Source of the DNA: Somniosus microcephalus
Taxonomy: Eukaryota
DNA length: 64,000 nt
Assembly (NCBI GenBank): GCA_052327205.1
Contig: CM126235.1
Location: 3,286,001 to 3,350,000 of the forward strand
Reading direction: 5' to 3'
In this document: positions 12,533-25,462 of the stretch, one piece after another
How positions within the stretch are numbered: position 1 is the first letter of the stretch
Layout of the letters: every line of letters begins with the position of its first letter
Program-made: the position numbers and the translations under genes
Notes under the pieces: generated by a model
Seen by the model: only the letters and a program-made list of their open reading frames with translations
Database searches by the model: none
Told to the model about the DNA's origin: nothing

Positions 12533-13855
12533 TGGGCAGCAACAGTTGGTCCCTGAACTGGGAGGTGGATAATTTACCAGGGATGTACATGCGTGATTGG
12601 GGACAGGACTGTGGCCCCAACGAGTGGATAGTTTGCTGTCATATACTCTGGCCCATGAAGAATGACCCCATGAGTGAGGCACCATAGAATTGGCGGCACC
12701 CATTGAGCCGTAACGCGGGAAGGGGTGAAGGAGGGAAATTGGCAAAATAAACTTGCGTATACTTTGTGTGATTTGAGGCCTGTTCTATTGAACAAGACCA
12801 ATCCATCCTTGTGGAAGTTTCTAGTCTGGACATCACCGGATTAATTTTGCCTCTTTGAGCCTTTGTAAATGCTGAACAGTTAATTGGTATTCAGTTTGCT
12901 GTTTCATTATTCACTAGCTACAACCTAGGGTCTAGAAACTGCCCTTGGTCCTAATGTAGCAGAGTATCTGTTAAACAGACAATCCATTATTTAGTTGGAG
13001 TCGCTGAATTTAGACTTCCCACCTTTTTTTAGAAAGTGGAATGTAAGATGATTTTCCTATTTACAACATTCTAATTCTGATGCTGAAAAATGCAAAAAAA
13101 AGTTTAAAGAATCTGCTTTATAATAGTTTTCTTGCGCATAAATGCATGCTAAGGATCATAAATCTGCACATTTAAATCTTGGAATCAATTTATAAGACAG
13201 TGTGTGCATACAGGGGCTTTTTTTTAAAGTTTGTTGTGTTTTTCTGCTTTGAGTCCTATTTTTCAGATCGTAGGGCAGAAATGTTGAGGTTACTGGAGAA
13301 TCTGGTGTTTTAAATCGCACTGCACAAATGGTTGTGCCTTGGCTTGAGTTGATCGAAGTTTGAAGAACATTAGAGGCGGTGTTGGTGGGGTCGGAGTGTA
13401 ATGCGCTTTCTAGCACTAACTCGTGAGCTGTCGGGAGCTCGGTATTTACCTTTATGGTACTAGCCTCCCTTCAGTTGGGAGGCGCGGAGGCAGCGCAGGA
13501 AGGGGGCCCTCGCACTACTTGTGTTTCTCTAGCTGCAGGTGGAGCCCATCCATTACCCACTGAGACTGATGAGGGCCTGAAGTGTTCACCTAGTAGATAT
13601 GAGTTGTTATTTAAAACGCCAAACACTGGAGATGCACAGCAATGTCAATTAGCAACCGAGAAAGATTAACATTTTGCAACGCAGTCAGGCTGGGGAGCGA
13701 GTGACACTTTTGCAGGACTGACCAGGACTGAACACCTGAACCCCATCTTTTCAGCATTTTTTTTTTGTTTTGCCCACTACATTTGTTGCATGAGGGGGAC
13801 AGGTTTCTTCATTTAAATTTTTCAAATAAATTAATGTACCATTTTTAATTTTCAG

Positions 13856-14122
13856 TTCTCCAAGGCCAAACCCAAACCAACCACAGTCCTCTGAAGCGCT
13901 CGGTTTCCCTCACCCCACCGATCAATATGACAAACCAGTCTGTGGTCAGCGAGTGGATGTCTCCAGACGACCTGCGTACCAGGGCAGTCTACGCCCCATC
14001 AGACCATGCACCGCTCTCCCCGCAGAGCAGCATAGCCTCCTCTGGGAGTGGCGGCAGTGAGCAGACAGAGGAACAGGGGTCAAGTCGCAACACATTTCAG
14101 GAGGAGGGGAGTGGAATGAAAG
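13856..14122 (+). CDS. SAMD4B: SAMD4B coding exon (linker), 267 nt, phase 1-1
   Basis: ttttcag|TTCTC...ATGAAAG|gtaaga; encodes [22 protein letters not shown]...[10 protein letters not shown]...[12 protein letters not shown]. Confidence 0.95.
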
Positions 14123-14174
14123 GTAAGAGACAGTGACCAGGTTATTGGCTCAGAAAATGTGATTGAACTACATA

Positions 14175-14313
14175 GGGCTAGAAATTCGTCTCGGGCGGTC
14201 TCTGACCGGCCGCCCGTTGTACACAGCTCCTGAATATCAGGCACTGCGTATAACGGGCAGCCAATCCGATACCGCCCGTCTTTCGCCTCCGCCCGAGACG
14301 AGTTTCTAGGCCG
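14175..14313. mobile_element. Short MITE with ~25 bp terminal inverted repeats
   Basis: gggctagaaattcgtctcgggcgg / ccgcccgagacgagtttctaggcc, TA on both flanks; internal inverted repeat gcccgttgtac/gtataacgggc. Confidence 0.75.
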
Positions 14314-17300
14314 TAGAGTTTAGGCTGAAAGTAGAACAAAGTCTGCATAAAGATTAGGAAGTTAGGAGTGAGGCGGGAGGTAGTTGGACCTTTTTCAGGC
14401 AGACGTGTGGACATGGTTACAGGGACATTGAAGCGGACAGTAAAATGAGGATTTTTTAAAAACCTGTTGGCCAGTCTTGGTGAGTGTGACCGGTTTGCAG
14501 CGAGGTTGCTTCTGGCTGCACAAGACCAACGTGTCGGGAACCAGCAGTGCAACCCATCTACGGTCAATGTAAAGGCAGCTGTAATGAGGTGGATAGTTGG
14601 GTTTGATCTGTGAAAGGCCCAGCCTGTGTCACATTTGTCCCAAGATAGGAAGACTATTGCTTGAATACAGATCATGTACAGTCCTTCGTTCCGCAGCTAG
14701 CCCTTGCGCCTTGCTAGCATACTGGTTTTATGTTTTATTTTATTTCATTTCAGTGTGCAGGAAAGACAGTAATGCGCGCATCCTTTGACCAATAACTAGT
14801 AAAGCATCTTGGAATAGATTTCAGATATTGAAAAATATTTCCATTGTTGACCTCTAGTTTGCCTGTGTATTTTAGCAATATTATCATTTGGTCGCAAGAA
14901 CTTTGAATATTTTTTCCAAAGCAGTAAATGGAAGTATCAGCATGTGCTGATGAACCTCACTGAAGCTGGGAGCTCGGGGAATACTCTTCTGTGTACTAAA
15001 GTTTTCCTTTCAAGTGAGCCCTTAAACAACCTACTTTTGAAGTTGCAGCCAGTTTTGGAAAGCATCGATCACATTTCCCAAACATGTGTCTGCATTTGTC
15101 ACAGTAAATTACTTCGATGTGCAATGACTGTTCTGCAGACAAATATGGCAGCCTTGTGCACAGCAAAATCCCACGGGCAGCCCTGTTAACCTATCTTGGA
15201 AGGCATTGGTTGAGGGAGGAATGTTGCTGGGAAACGGAGAACTCCCTGTTCCTCGAATATTGCTCTGGAACAGGCAGATTTGGCCTCGGTTTTAACTTCT
15301 CATTCTAACTGATTGTTCTTCGAATTCTAATGCCCTGAAGGTGATGACTGTTGTTGTATTTTGGCATCGTGGATGTCAGTCGTCCTGTGATGACCTCGCC
15401 TGAGTGCTCATTCTTTGTGTATGAGTCGAGATGGAGTGTGACGCTCTATTTGACCATGGGGAGAGGGAAATCACAGCACAGCCAGATCCTGACTGCACCG
15501 TTCCAGCAGTGGTCACTGCATAATGAGCAAGGACCCTGTGTGATTGTCTTCTGCATTTTAAGCTGCCGTTCATTTAGTTGGCAGTATTTAGCAGTTGGGG
15601 AAAATCACAAGTGACATCTGTGCCCTTTGATCTTTTATTACCTTCTATGCTGGGTGCTCTCGCACTCTATCTTTCCACCATTTTGGTGTCTGTTGAAGGT
15701 GAGAAAAAGCGTCCTTTTTTTGAGGGGGGGTGGAATTGGACACCTAAGTGTCTTTCTTCTCACCCCCTCCCCCCCCCCCCCCCCCCCCAATGATGCCGGT
15801 GGCTGCTGCTCTCTGCTACCTCAACCAAGTGCCCGTTCTTGATGTAGACAGTGCCCAGGTAATGAGTGGTGTTGGGGCACAACAGATGAGATCAGGGAGG
15901 GTGTTTCTAATGAAACCGGATGTGTGTACGTAACACTATTTTCTGATATCTGGAAATAACTGGGATTGTTTGGTTTGAGTTAGATACATGAAATTGCATT
16001 TCAGTCCCTCCTTCTACATTTCTTCAAGTTGTATGCATTTAATGTCTAAAACTGTGTGTACTGTAAATGCCTGGAGGTGCATTACAAGGTAGTAACCCAT
16101 CCATGTGTTCAGATGACATTCATAAATTGCTGCAGCCTTGCGTGCTTAGTTTATGACATAATTTAAAACCCTCTGTTGTGCTGTTGCCTTGTAACATGAC
16201 CCAGGAAATGGTGCTTCTAATATGGAAGTTTTCCTGCGTCCTGTGACTTTTATCCTCTGCTCCACCCACTCTGTACTGTCTCTGGCCTTAATTGCCTTTA
16301 CATCGCATCAGTGGTGACATCAACAGACTGTTCATTTATCTCCAGTTCCTCAAAACAATAAGTGTGAGGAATTCTCTGAATCGCAAACAGCAGTTGGTGG
16401 AAACTAATTAGTCAGTGAATGAAATGTCAGGATTTAACCACGTCGCTCCTTAAACAAAGTGCTGAATAGATAGAACCTAGACAGAACAAGATCTTGCTCA
16501 TCGCTCAAACCTCCCAGTGTTGTCACTAAGCTTATTTAGTGGATTGGTGCCAAGATGCTACAGTAAGAATTGGAATTAAGCCAGTACACGGTGTGCTCTT
16601 AATTCATATCCAAATTACTTCTGCCACAGCGATAGACATGTAACCAGTGCTATTTAGGACAAATACTCTCTTCAGACACAAGCCTAGATTGGAAGGATGT
16701 GTTCGATAATTGTACCGACTTTTTTCTTTTATTTTTCACAGCTCAGAATGACAGTATGAAAAATTCATGCACCCATCATTACACACCTCTCTTTTTCTCT
16801 CTCTCTCTCTCTCTTTTTCTCTCTCCCTGCTTTAGTTTCCACTTACACTGCACTGCTGCCAGGCTTCTGTTGCTTCTGTCTGGCCAGTGCTAGGCTGTAG
16901 TTTGTGTGGCTTCCCCTCGAAGATTTTCTTGAATATGGGAACGCAACACAGGTTTGACTTTGCAGTATATTTATTGACTGTTTTAGTTCAATTGTTTGGT
17001 GATCAGTCACTGGCCTCAGTCTGGTAGTCTGTCTTAAATGTTGAGACTTGCAGCAACCACCATTTTGATGACATTAATTGATCAGTAGAATATCAATGAA
17101 TTGCAGCCATATTTGGAGATTGCATTTCAGTGTTTGGAGTAAGCTATTAGGAAAATAGGTAATGAAATTCAGCAATGTACAGAAAGTCTTGCTATATTAG
17201 TACGGTGGACCGGGACAGTGGAGTACCAATGGGTTGGTACGTAGGGTTTGAGTTCCTCACCGGCTTTTCTCTGTCTCCTCATTTGGAAACGGCTAGACAC

Positions 17301-17403
17301 ATCCAACAATTTTGTTTTCATTTCCCTTCTCTCCCCTTTCTCATAAAGAAGGAAAAATCGAAAGATTAGTTACAGCAGAACATTTTTCTCTTTCTTCCTA
17401 GTA

Positions 17404-17736
17404 CAGGAAACTTTGTTATATCCGGCACCGACGGGACCGAGCTGTTGCCGATCTATCAAAATTGCCGGACATACAAAGTTAATGTTGAAGCATACGGAGG
17501 TTTTCATCTCCGTATCTGACAACAAACACACTTGCTTAGCAACAGCTTGTAAACAGTCGGCCCGTACCTTGGAAGCATCTCTGTAGCTTAGCAACAGCTT
17601 CAGAGAGACTTTCCAGAGCCCGACTGTTGAAAACAAAGCCACGAGAAGAAAAAAAACCTAACAAAACAGCTCCTGATTTCTGCCGGTAGATCGAGGTTTC
17701 CGGACATACAACCTCTGGATAAACCAAAGTTTCCTG
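17404..17736. mobile_element. Tc1/mariner (Tigger/pogo-like) MITE
   Basis: TA|CAGGAAACTTTGTTATATCCGG ... CTGGATAAACCAAAGTTTCCTG|TA; TA target-site duplication; CpG-rich. Confidence 0.85.
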
Positions 17737-17889
17737 TAGCTGATTGCAGAGTGGCATCGAGACTTGTCTAGTCGGGGGTATCTGTACGTGTTCTCTGCTC
17801 AATGAATGGTGGCTGTTACAGGGCCACAGGAAAGAGGAGAGAAGTTCTGAATTAAGATTTGAGTTAAAAGGCTAACTCGTGGGCCGTGA

Positions 17890-19156
17890 TACAACAGGCG
17901 GAGGCTGTTCAGCCCCTCAATCCCATTCCACCCTTCAATTAGAATCTGACTCATCTGTGCCTAAAATTAATTTCACCACCTTTGATCCATTACCTACTAA
18001 GTTGTCGATCAGTCTTGAATATTTAAATTGCTCCTGAGCATCCACAGCCTTTTGGAGGAGGAGATTCCAGATTTCCACTGCCCCTTGTGAAGAAGTGCTT
18101 CCTGATTTCACCCTTAAATGGCCTACCTCTAATTTTAAGATTGTGCCTCCTTGTTCTAGATTTCTCCCTTAATCATTTTAAACACCTCAATCAGATCACC
18201 CCTCAACATAGAAACATAGAAGATAGGAGCAGGAGTAGGCCATTCGGCCCTTTGAGCCTGTTCCGCCATTCAATGAGATCATGGCTGATCATCCAAACTC
18301 AGTACCCTGTCCCTGCCTTCTCCCCATATCCCTTGATCCCTTTAGCCTCAAGAAATATATCCAACTCTTTCTTGAATATATTTAATGAACTGGCCTCCAC
18401 CGCCCTCTGTGGCAGAGAATTCCACAGGTTCACCACTCTCTGGGTGAAGAAATTCCTCCTCATTTCAGTCCTAAATGGCTTACCCCTTATCCTTAGACTA
18501 TGACCCCTGGTTCTGGACTCCCCGGCCATCAGAAACATCCTTTCTGCATCTAGTCTGTCCAGACCTGACAGAATTTTATAGGTTTCGATGAGATCCCCTC
18601 TCAATCTTCTAAACTCCAGTGAGTATAAGCCCAATTGACACAATCTCTCCTCGTACGTCATTCCTGCCATCCCAGGTATCTGCCTGGTGAATCTTCGCTG
18701 CACTCCCTCCATGGCAAGAACGTCCTTCCTCAGGTAAGGTGACCAAAACTGCACACAATACTCAAGGTGTGGTCTCACCAAGGCCCTGTACAACTGCAGC
18801 AAGACATCCTTGTTCCTGTACTCAAACCCTCTCGCTACGAAGGCCAACATACCATTTGCCGCCTTAACCGCCTGCTGCACCTGCATGCTTACTCAACCAT
18901 CTAAACGTGAGGGAATACAGGCCAAGTTTTTGCAACCTGCCCTCGTAATTTAACCCTTTAAGCCCCGGTATCATTCTGGTAAATCCGCAGTGTACCTCTT
19001 CCAAGACCAATATATTTTGGAGGTGTGTTGCCCAAACCTGAAAGCAGTGCTCCAGATGGGGCCTGACCAAGGCTCTGAACAACTGAAGCATGACTTAGTC
19101 CGCATTGTATTTCAGCCCTTGATACAAAGGCCAACATTCCATTAGCCTTTTTGATT
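17890..19156 (-). mobile_element. Older CR1 3' fragment interrupted by a younger CR1
   Basis: ORF 18864-19091 LFRALVRPHLEHCFQVW...; degenerate 3' half at 17890-18207. Confidence 0.8.
18208..18891 (-). mobile_element. Young CR1 3' fragment with CTCAAC target-site duplication
   Basis: Intact 195 aa ORF2 C-terminus; ctcaac at 18202-18207 and 18892-18897. Confidence 0.92.
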
Positions 19157-19157
19157 A

Positions 19158-20245
19158 AAAGAATGAAAGACTTGCATTTATATAGCGCCTTTCACGACCA
19201 TCAGAGGTCTCAAAACACTTTGCAGCCAATGGAGTACTTTTGAAGTGTAGTCACTGTTGTAATGTGGGAAACACGGCAGCCAGTTTGCACACAGCAAGCT
19301 CCCACAAACAGCAATGTGATAAATGACCAGATCATCTGTTTTTATTATGTTGGTTGAGGGATAAATATCGGCCCCAGGACACTGGGGAGAACTCCCCCTG
19401 CTCTTCATAATCATAATCAACTTTTATTGTCATTGTTAGTGCACAAGTGCAGTACAACGAAATGTAGGCTTGCGGCTCCCGAGAGTGTACATTTAGATTA
19501 AGACATTTAAACATTCAACATACATTTGGCTTGTAATACATTAACATAAACATAACCATAATAAAGTGCATTGGCGGATGTGCAGGCTTTAGAGTTTATT
19601 TGTGGAGTTCAGTAGGATGACAGCCCTGGGAAAGAAGCTGTTCCTAAATCTGGTCGTACGGGTGCGAATGCATCTGTAGCGTCTCCCAGATGGCAGGAGG
19701 GCGAACAGACTGTGGCTGGGGTGGGTAGGGCCTTTGATGATGGACTGTGACCTCCGTAAACAGCGTTTCTGGTATATGTGCTCTATGGTCGGTAGCCGGG
19801 TGCCGGTAATGCGTTGGGCAGTTTTGACTACCCGCTGCAGGGCTTTCCGGTCATAGTAGCTACAGCTGCCATACCATACTGTGGTATCATACCATACATC
19901 TTCGAAATAATGCCATGGGATCTTCTACGTCCACCTGAGAGAGCAGACGGGGGCCTCGGTTTAACATAAGAAATAGGAGCAGGAGGAGGCCATTTGGCCC
20001 CTCGAGCCTGCTCCGCCATTCAATAAAGATCATGGCTGATCTGATCTTGGCCTCAACTCCACTTCCCTGTCCACTCCCCATAACCCTCGACTCCCTCCGT
20101 CTCATCCCAAAGACGGCACCTCTGACAGTGCAGCACTGCACTGGAGTGTCAGCCTAGCTTTATGTGCTCAAGTCCCTGGAGTGGGACTAGAACCCACAAC
20201 CTTCTGATTCAGGGGCGAGGGTGCTGCCAACTGAGCCACAGTTGA
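19158..20245 (-). mobile_element. DeuSINE (SacSINE1-like) carrying two nested insertions
   Basis: tRNA head at 20170-20245, Deu domain, tail at 19158; interrupted at about 19405 and 19965. Confidence 0.85.
19406..19897 (-). mobile_element. Rex1/Babar-type non-LTR retrotransposon 3' fragment
   Basis: Minus strand VWYGSCSYYDRKALQRVVKTAQRITG...HPSHSLFALLPSGRRYRCIRTRTTRFRNSFFPRAVILLN; (GATTAT)n tail; TCTTC duplication at the flanks. Confidence 0.8.
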
Positions 20246-20261
20246 CATTATTACTGTTTGT

Positions 20262-20546
20262 ATCTGCTGCCCGTGTCCTATCTCTCACCGTTCACCCATC
20301 ACCCCTGTGCTCGCTGACCTACATTGGCTCCTGGGCCAGTAACGCCTCGATTTTAAAATTCTCATCTTTGTTTTCAAATCCATCCCTCTACCCCTCTCCT
20401 TTTTAAAACATCCTTAAAACCTGTCACCTGTCCTAATATCTCTTTTTTAATGTGGCTTGGTGTCAAATTTTGTTTGATAACACTCCTGTGAAGCGCATTG
20501 GGATGTTTTACTATGTTGAAGGCGCTATATAAATGCAAGTTGTTGT
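20262..20546 (+). mobile_element. L2 3' fragment
   Basis: SAARVL...ITPVLADLHWL motif; tail ggcgctatataaatgcaagttgttg. Confidence 0.75.
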
Positions 20547-20949
20547 GTGGCCGCTTTCGGTGATTTATGTACATGAACACCCAAATCCCTTCCTAATCTC
20601 TCGCCATTAATAAAAAAAATTCCGACTTTGTCTTTCTTGGATCCAAAGTGGATGACCTCGCACTTCCCCACATTGAACTCCAGCTACCACAGTTTTGCCC
20701 ACTCACTGAATCTGACTGTAACCCTGTATAACTTCCTGCTCCCATCTACACCGCTTGCTGTACCTCCTAACTTAGCAGTGATCGTCTACAATAATCGTAT
20801 TTTATATATTGCAGGGAGTTTGTGTGAATAATGTTTTATCGTGGGTAGGACTGGCTCAGAGTTGATGAATATATGTTAGTGTAATATGAGAATGGGGTAT
20901 GTCATGTGCTGCTGTTGTAAAAATCCATTGTATTACAAGCAAATGGAAG

Positions 20950-21390
20950 ACAATAAGCAGAGGACTGTGTGCAGCTCTGGCGAGCAGCAATGGTTCCACA
21001 GATCAAGAATTTAAATTGTGGAATGTTAAAAGAATTAAGTTTGTTTTCTTTCAAAAGTGGAGAATTTAACATTACCCAATTTAAGTTTTTGAGATTATGA
21101 AAGGAGTTGACTTGAGCTGATCCAGGAAACTTGCTCCTTGTAGTGAAGGGTTCTAATCCCAGGGGACACTGCTTAAAAATAAGGAGGGAAGTCGAGGGGA
21201 ACTTTTCCACTGAAGGGGTAAACCACGTTGTGGAATAAGTTACACGGGGCGGACATTAAAGCAACAGTATGCATGGGTTTAAAGCATCGTGAGTGTTTCC
21301 CAGATTGAGGGATACAGGGAAATGGTGAATAAGTGGGGTTAATCAATCTAAAAGAGCCTGGGTTATTTGGGTCTAATGGGCTTTCCGAAG
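20950..21390 (+). mobile_element. Highly degraded CR1 3' fragment
   Basis: Residual similarity to the CR1 ORF2 C-terminus (FST.GVNHVVE, RGH.LKI) and 3' UTR. Confidence 0.5.
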
Positions 21391-22484
21391 AACGTTTTAT
21401 ATTGCTACTGAATCTCTTGTGCCATTACTTTCGATAAATCGGAAGATGTGTTTTCTCTCTTGCCTGCCTCATGTTTGTGGCGGTGCTAGTTAAATTAAAC
21501 CACGATTACAGGGCACGGACGCGGTAAAAGTCTCGAACATCAGGAGAAGTAGAGGAACTAGTTCTACTGCAACATAAGGGTACAATAAAATAGTAAAAGG
21601 CTAGTTCAAGAAGCAGTTCTTCAGGCACACTGTGATCAGTGCCTTGACTAGTTTTCCAAGTAGGATAGTGCAGGCAAAAACTCGACTCAATCAAGAGGCA
21701 GTTGGATGCTGTGATAAAGGTAGTTGGGCTAAATTACCTCCCTCTTCTCTACTTGTCTCGATCTTTATGGTTTAGATCAGTTGCTCTGAGATTGCTTTTG
21801 TTGGGGAACTGGATGAATAGTGCACTGAATTAGAAGTAATTACAAACTCATTTCACATCTAGGACCTGGCTTCAAATCCACATCTTGTTTGCTCTCTCTC
21901 TGCCGTTCCCTTGTTTTGCTTCCCCCCCCCCCCCCCCCCCCCCCGCCCCAACACCCTATACCCCAGGCCAGTGCTTCTCTATCCAGTTGTTGGGTGTGTG
22001 GGGAGGTGCCTTGGGTGACTCATTTTCCCATTCTCCCTGTCCTGTGGGAAAGAGTCTGGTCAGTTGTTGGGTGGCTGCCCCAGTGGCACATTTGAGATTA
22101 TGAACTTGTTCTGGGGAATGATGCCAGTCGCCAAGTAATTGATGTGGCGGTGAACCGCAGTCACACTGTCTTAGTGCTGTGCAGTATATGGGCACATGGT
22201 GACTATGGCTGTTAATGGATGCTGGTCAGCTCCTTGTTGAGATGTGACTGCACAGTGGGTGGATAATAATTATGACCACTGCAAGTTCATTGAGTGATTG
22301 TCCAAATTGGTTACTGGCATTTCGAAGTCTGGTGTATAACTATAATTGTCATACAATGTATAACAAATTGAAATATTTATTATCGAATGGCCATCACTGG
22401 AATATTGCACTACAAAGCAAACTAGTGAGTTAGTGCTTCGCCTCCATGTTTCTGTAACTGATTCCGTTTCTCTTTCTTTCGCAG

Positions 22485-22594
22485 ATGTGCCCACGTGGTT
22501 AAAAAGTCTTCGGCTACACAAGTACGCGTCACTCTTCTCTCAGCTAACCTACGAGGAGATGATGACTCTGACCGAACACCAGCTGGAATCTCAG
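22485..22594 (+). CDS. SAMD4B: SAMD4B coding exon, SAM domain first part
   Basis: tttcgcag|ATGTG...TCTCAG|gtttgt; encodes [37 protein letters not shown], the Smaug/Vts1 SAM signature. Confidence 0.96.
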
Positions 22595-23132
22595 GTTTGT
22601 CTTTTATCACACGTATGATACAGTAATGTTGATCAGTGATCGCTGTGGCAATTCACAGCCGCCCCCTTGCAGGCTATCGGAATAGTTTGGCTATTAAACT
22701 TCAAATGTTGGAGAGTCGAGGAGCTACCATTCATTATATCTTATGGTGAATGCACACTTGCCCGCACATGTCAAAGTGCTAAAATTCATTGTTTTTTGTC
22801 ATGTAAACCAGGAAGATGTACAGCGAGCGAGTCCCAGATTTTTACACTGGGCTACCAACTATTTACTTCATGTAGTCTTCAATTTTGCTGCTTGTCGAGA
22901 CAAAACCTGAATTAAAAGCCCCTATAAACCACGGAGTTCAGGTAGCTTTGCTGCAGTAATTTTGTGCTCTAAGGTGATGTGTCAATGTTGGAGAATGGGG
23001 CACTTTTCTTTTTGATTCAGGCACCTGGTGTCAACATCAGATTTCTCTTGTAATCTAAACAGTTTAAAATGGTGGCTGCCTGGGAGTGGCTCCAAGACTG
23101 CAATATAATGGAGAGTTTTGGATGGTATCATA

Positions 23133-23575
23133 AACAACAACTTGCATTTATATAGCTTCTTTTTAATGTGAGGCAATGTCCCATGGTGCTTCCGTGAAGA
23201 AAGGAATGCATGCAAAGCCTAGGTGTGGAAAGTTAGCAAGCTGAATTGAAGCTTGATGATGAGAGGGGTTTGGCATTTGAAGGCAAGGAGAGAATTGGAG
23301 AATTGGAGAGGTGGAGGGGTTGTGGCCAGTAAGGCTGGGGCGGTTAAAGGCTCTGCCATCGATGGTGAGGTGCAGAGATCAGAGTCAGAGATCTGAAGAC
23401 ACTGGAGAAACCATAAGCCTGGACAAGGTTAGAGAGAGGGTGAAGTGAGCCTGTAATGGAATTTGTAGCTGAGGATTTTAAATGCGTTGAGCAACAGAGG
23501 GAGCTTGTGGCCAGTGAGGACGGAGTGCTGGACAAGCAGAACCTCGTACGGGAGGCTGCGGGCAGGGCGGATTAG
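23133..23575 (-). mobile_element. Degenerate L2 3' fragment
   Basis: acaacaacttgcatttatatagc tail and purine-rich body colinear with 7838-8300. Confidence 0.55.
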
Positions 23576-23987
23576 ACAAGGGCGCAGACTATTCTAACTG
23601 TATAAAGACCGTTCCACATGATTATCTTGTAGCTTGCGCCTTTTGAAGTTTCTGTGTAATGTGTTCTTGCCGATCTATTACTCCTGTATTTCTCACGTGT
23701 GAAAAGAGCTGTAGTGACTGTCAGCAATGTGCTGTTTTGTGTTTCCCTCCCCTCCTCTGTTGAAGGTGACTTGTTGTGGGGTACAGTTCGACAGCTGGCA
23801 ACAACCCTCCAATACCTCGGCCAAGTGGCCATGCTTGTGTGATTCCGGATACTACCACAGGGAGGCATCACGCACGAGCCCAATGCTCCCCTCGTCTGAC
23901 TTCCACACAGGCGGGCTTCTAAAGATGGGATATTGGTTGGGAATCAAGAGCAGGGCATCTAATTTAAAAAAAATTCCCACAGTGTCT

Positions 23988-24448
23988 GCTTGTGGCTCAG
24001 TGGGCAGCACACTCGCCTCTGAGTCAGAATGTTGTGGGTTCAAGTCCCACTCCAGGGACTTGAGCACACAAAGCTAGGCTGACACTCCAGTGCAGTGCTG
24101 AGGGAGTGCTGCACTGCCGGAGGTGCCGTCTTTCAGATGAGATGTTAAACCGAGGCCCCGTCTGCTCTCGGGTGGATGTAAAAGATCCCAGGGCACTATT
24201 TCAAAGAAGAGCAGAGGAGTTCTCCCCAGTGTCCTGGGGCCAATATTTATCCCTCAACTAACATAACAAAAACAGATGATCTGGTCATTATCAGATTGCT
24301 GTTTGTGGGAGCTTGCTGTGCGCAAATTGGCTGCCGCGTTTCCCACATTACATCAGTGACTGCACTCCAAAAGTACTTCATTGGCTGTAAAGCACTTTGA
24401 GACGTCCGGTGGTTGTGAAAGGTGCTGTAGAAATGCAAGTCTTTCTTT
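23988..24448 (+). mobile_element. Full-length DeuSINE (SacSINE1-like)
   Basis: A-box tggctcagtgg, B-box ggttcaagtcc, Deu domain ggtgccgtctttcagatgagatgttaaaccgagg...aaagatccc, L2-like tail. Confidence 0.9.
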
Positions 24449-24537
24449 TATCTTTCCTCTTCCTGTTTTCTTCACTGCCGCCTTCTCTCTTTCTCTCCCC
24501 CCAAACTTCTCATTAAATGTTTTGTTTTGTTATGCAG

Positions 24538-24624
24538 AATGTCACAAAGGGGGCACGGCACAAAATAGCCCTGAGCATTCAGAAGTTGCGTGAACGACAG
24601 GGCGTGCTGAAATCCTTGGAAAAG
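24538..24624 (+). CDS. SAMD4B: SAMD4B coding exon, SAM domain second part
   Basis: tatgcag|AATGTC...GAAAAG|gtgagt; encodes [29 protein letters not shown]. Confidence 0.96.
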
Positions 24625-25196
24625 GTGAGTTGAGGGATTTCTCTTTCTCCAATTCTCTCCCTTCTGCAAGTACTGGGTAGAAATTCAAAGATTCATTCAG
24701 GCCTCTGACACCTTGCCCAAATGGCCAGTCAGCATGGGAGCCCAGGCTGTGAATGTTGGCAGCATACGCCATCATGCGTATTGCTGCTCCTGATCCTGTT
24801 CTCGCTGTGCGTTCACATGCACTTTTCTGCGGTGGTCACCGGATAGTGACCAAGAGCAGGAATTCCTTTCCTCAGTGTTTCCCTCCCCAGAGGCGCTAAA
24901 CCAACTACAGCACCTTTCCTGCCATTCTGGTTAAGATCAACTAACAACGCAGTCTCGGAATTGGATCTTGCTGCAACATGTGCCCATATCACATGGTGCA
25001 GTAACACACTGAGCCGTCTGAGCTGTAGCAAGTGAGGAATACTTGGTGAGATGGGGTGCGTGTGTACATATTCCTCCCTGTCATTTCCCTCCCCTTCCCC
25101 CTCTCAGTAATTTTAAGCTTAGCTACTATGAGGTATTCCTGATTGACACTCTGCAGTAGTGGGTAAACCAAGTTTGAATATTGGAAATTAAACTCA

Positions 25197-25462
25197 AGTT
25201 GTGTGACACTGGCATACAGTTGTGTGACACTGGCATACAGTTGTGTGACACTGGCATACAGTTGTGTGACACTGGCATACAGTTGTGTGACACTGGCATA
25301 CAGTTGTGTGACACTGGCATACAGTTGTGTGACACTGGCATACAGTTGTGTGACACTGGCATACAGTTGTGTGACACTGGCATACAGTTGTGTGACACTG
25401 GCATACAGTTGTGTGACACTGGCATACAGTTGTGTGACACTGGCATACAGTTGTGTGACACT
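25197..25462. repeat. Perfect 21-bp minisatellite (AGTTGTGTGACACTGGCATAC), about 12.7 copies
   Basis: Direct reading; 7-aa periodicity in the ORF track. Confidence 0.98.

Noticed and set aside
13566-13585. CTGATGA motif (also at about 14947)
   Set aside because: Followed by GAAG rather than GAAA and has no valid stems.
23988-24060. tRNA-like A/B box sequences (also at 2340, 55406 and 63560)
   Set aside because: These are SINE heads continuing into SINE bodies, not tRNA genes.
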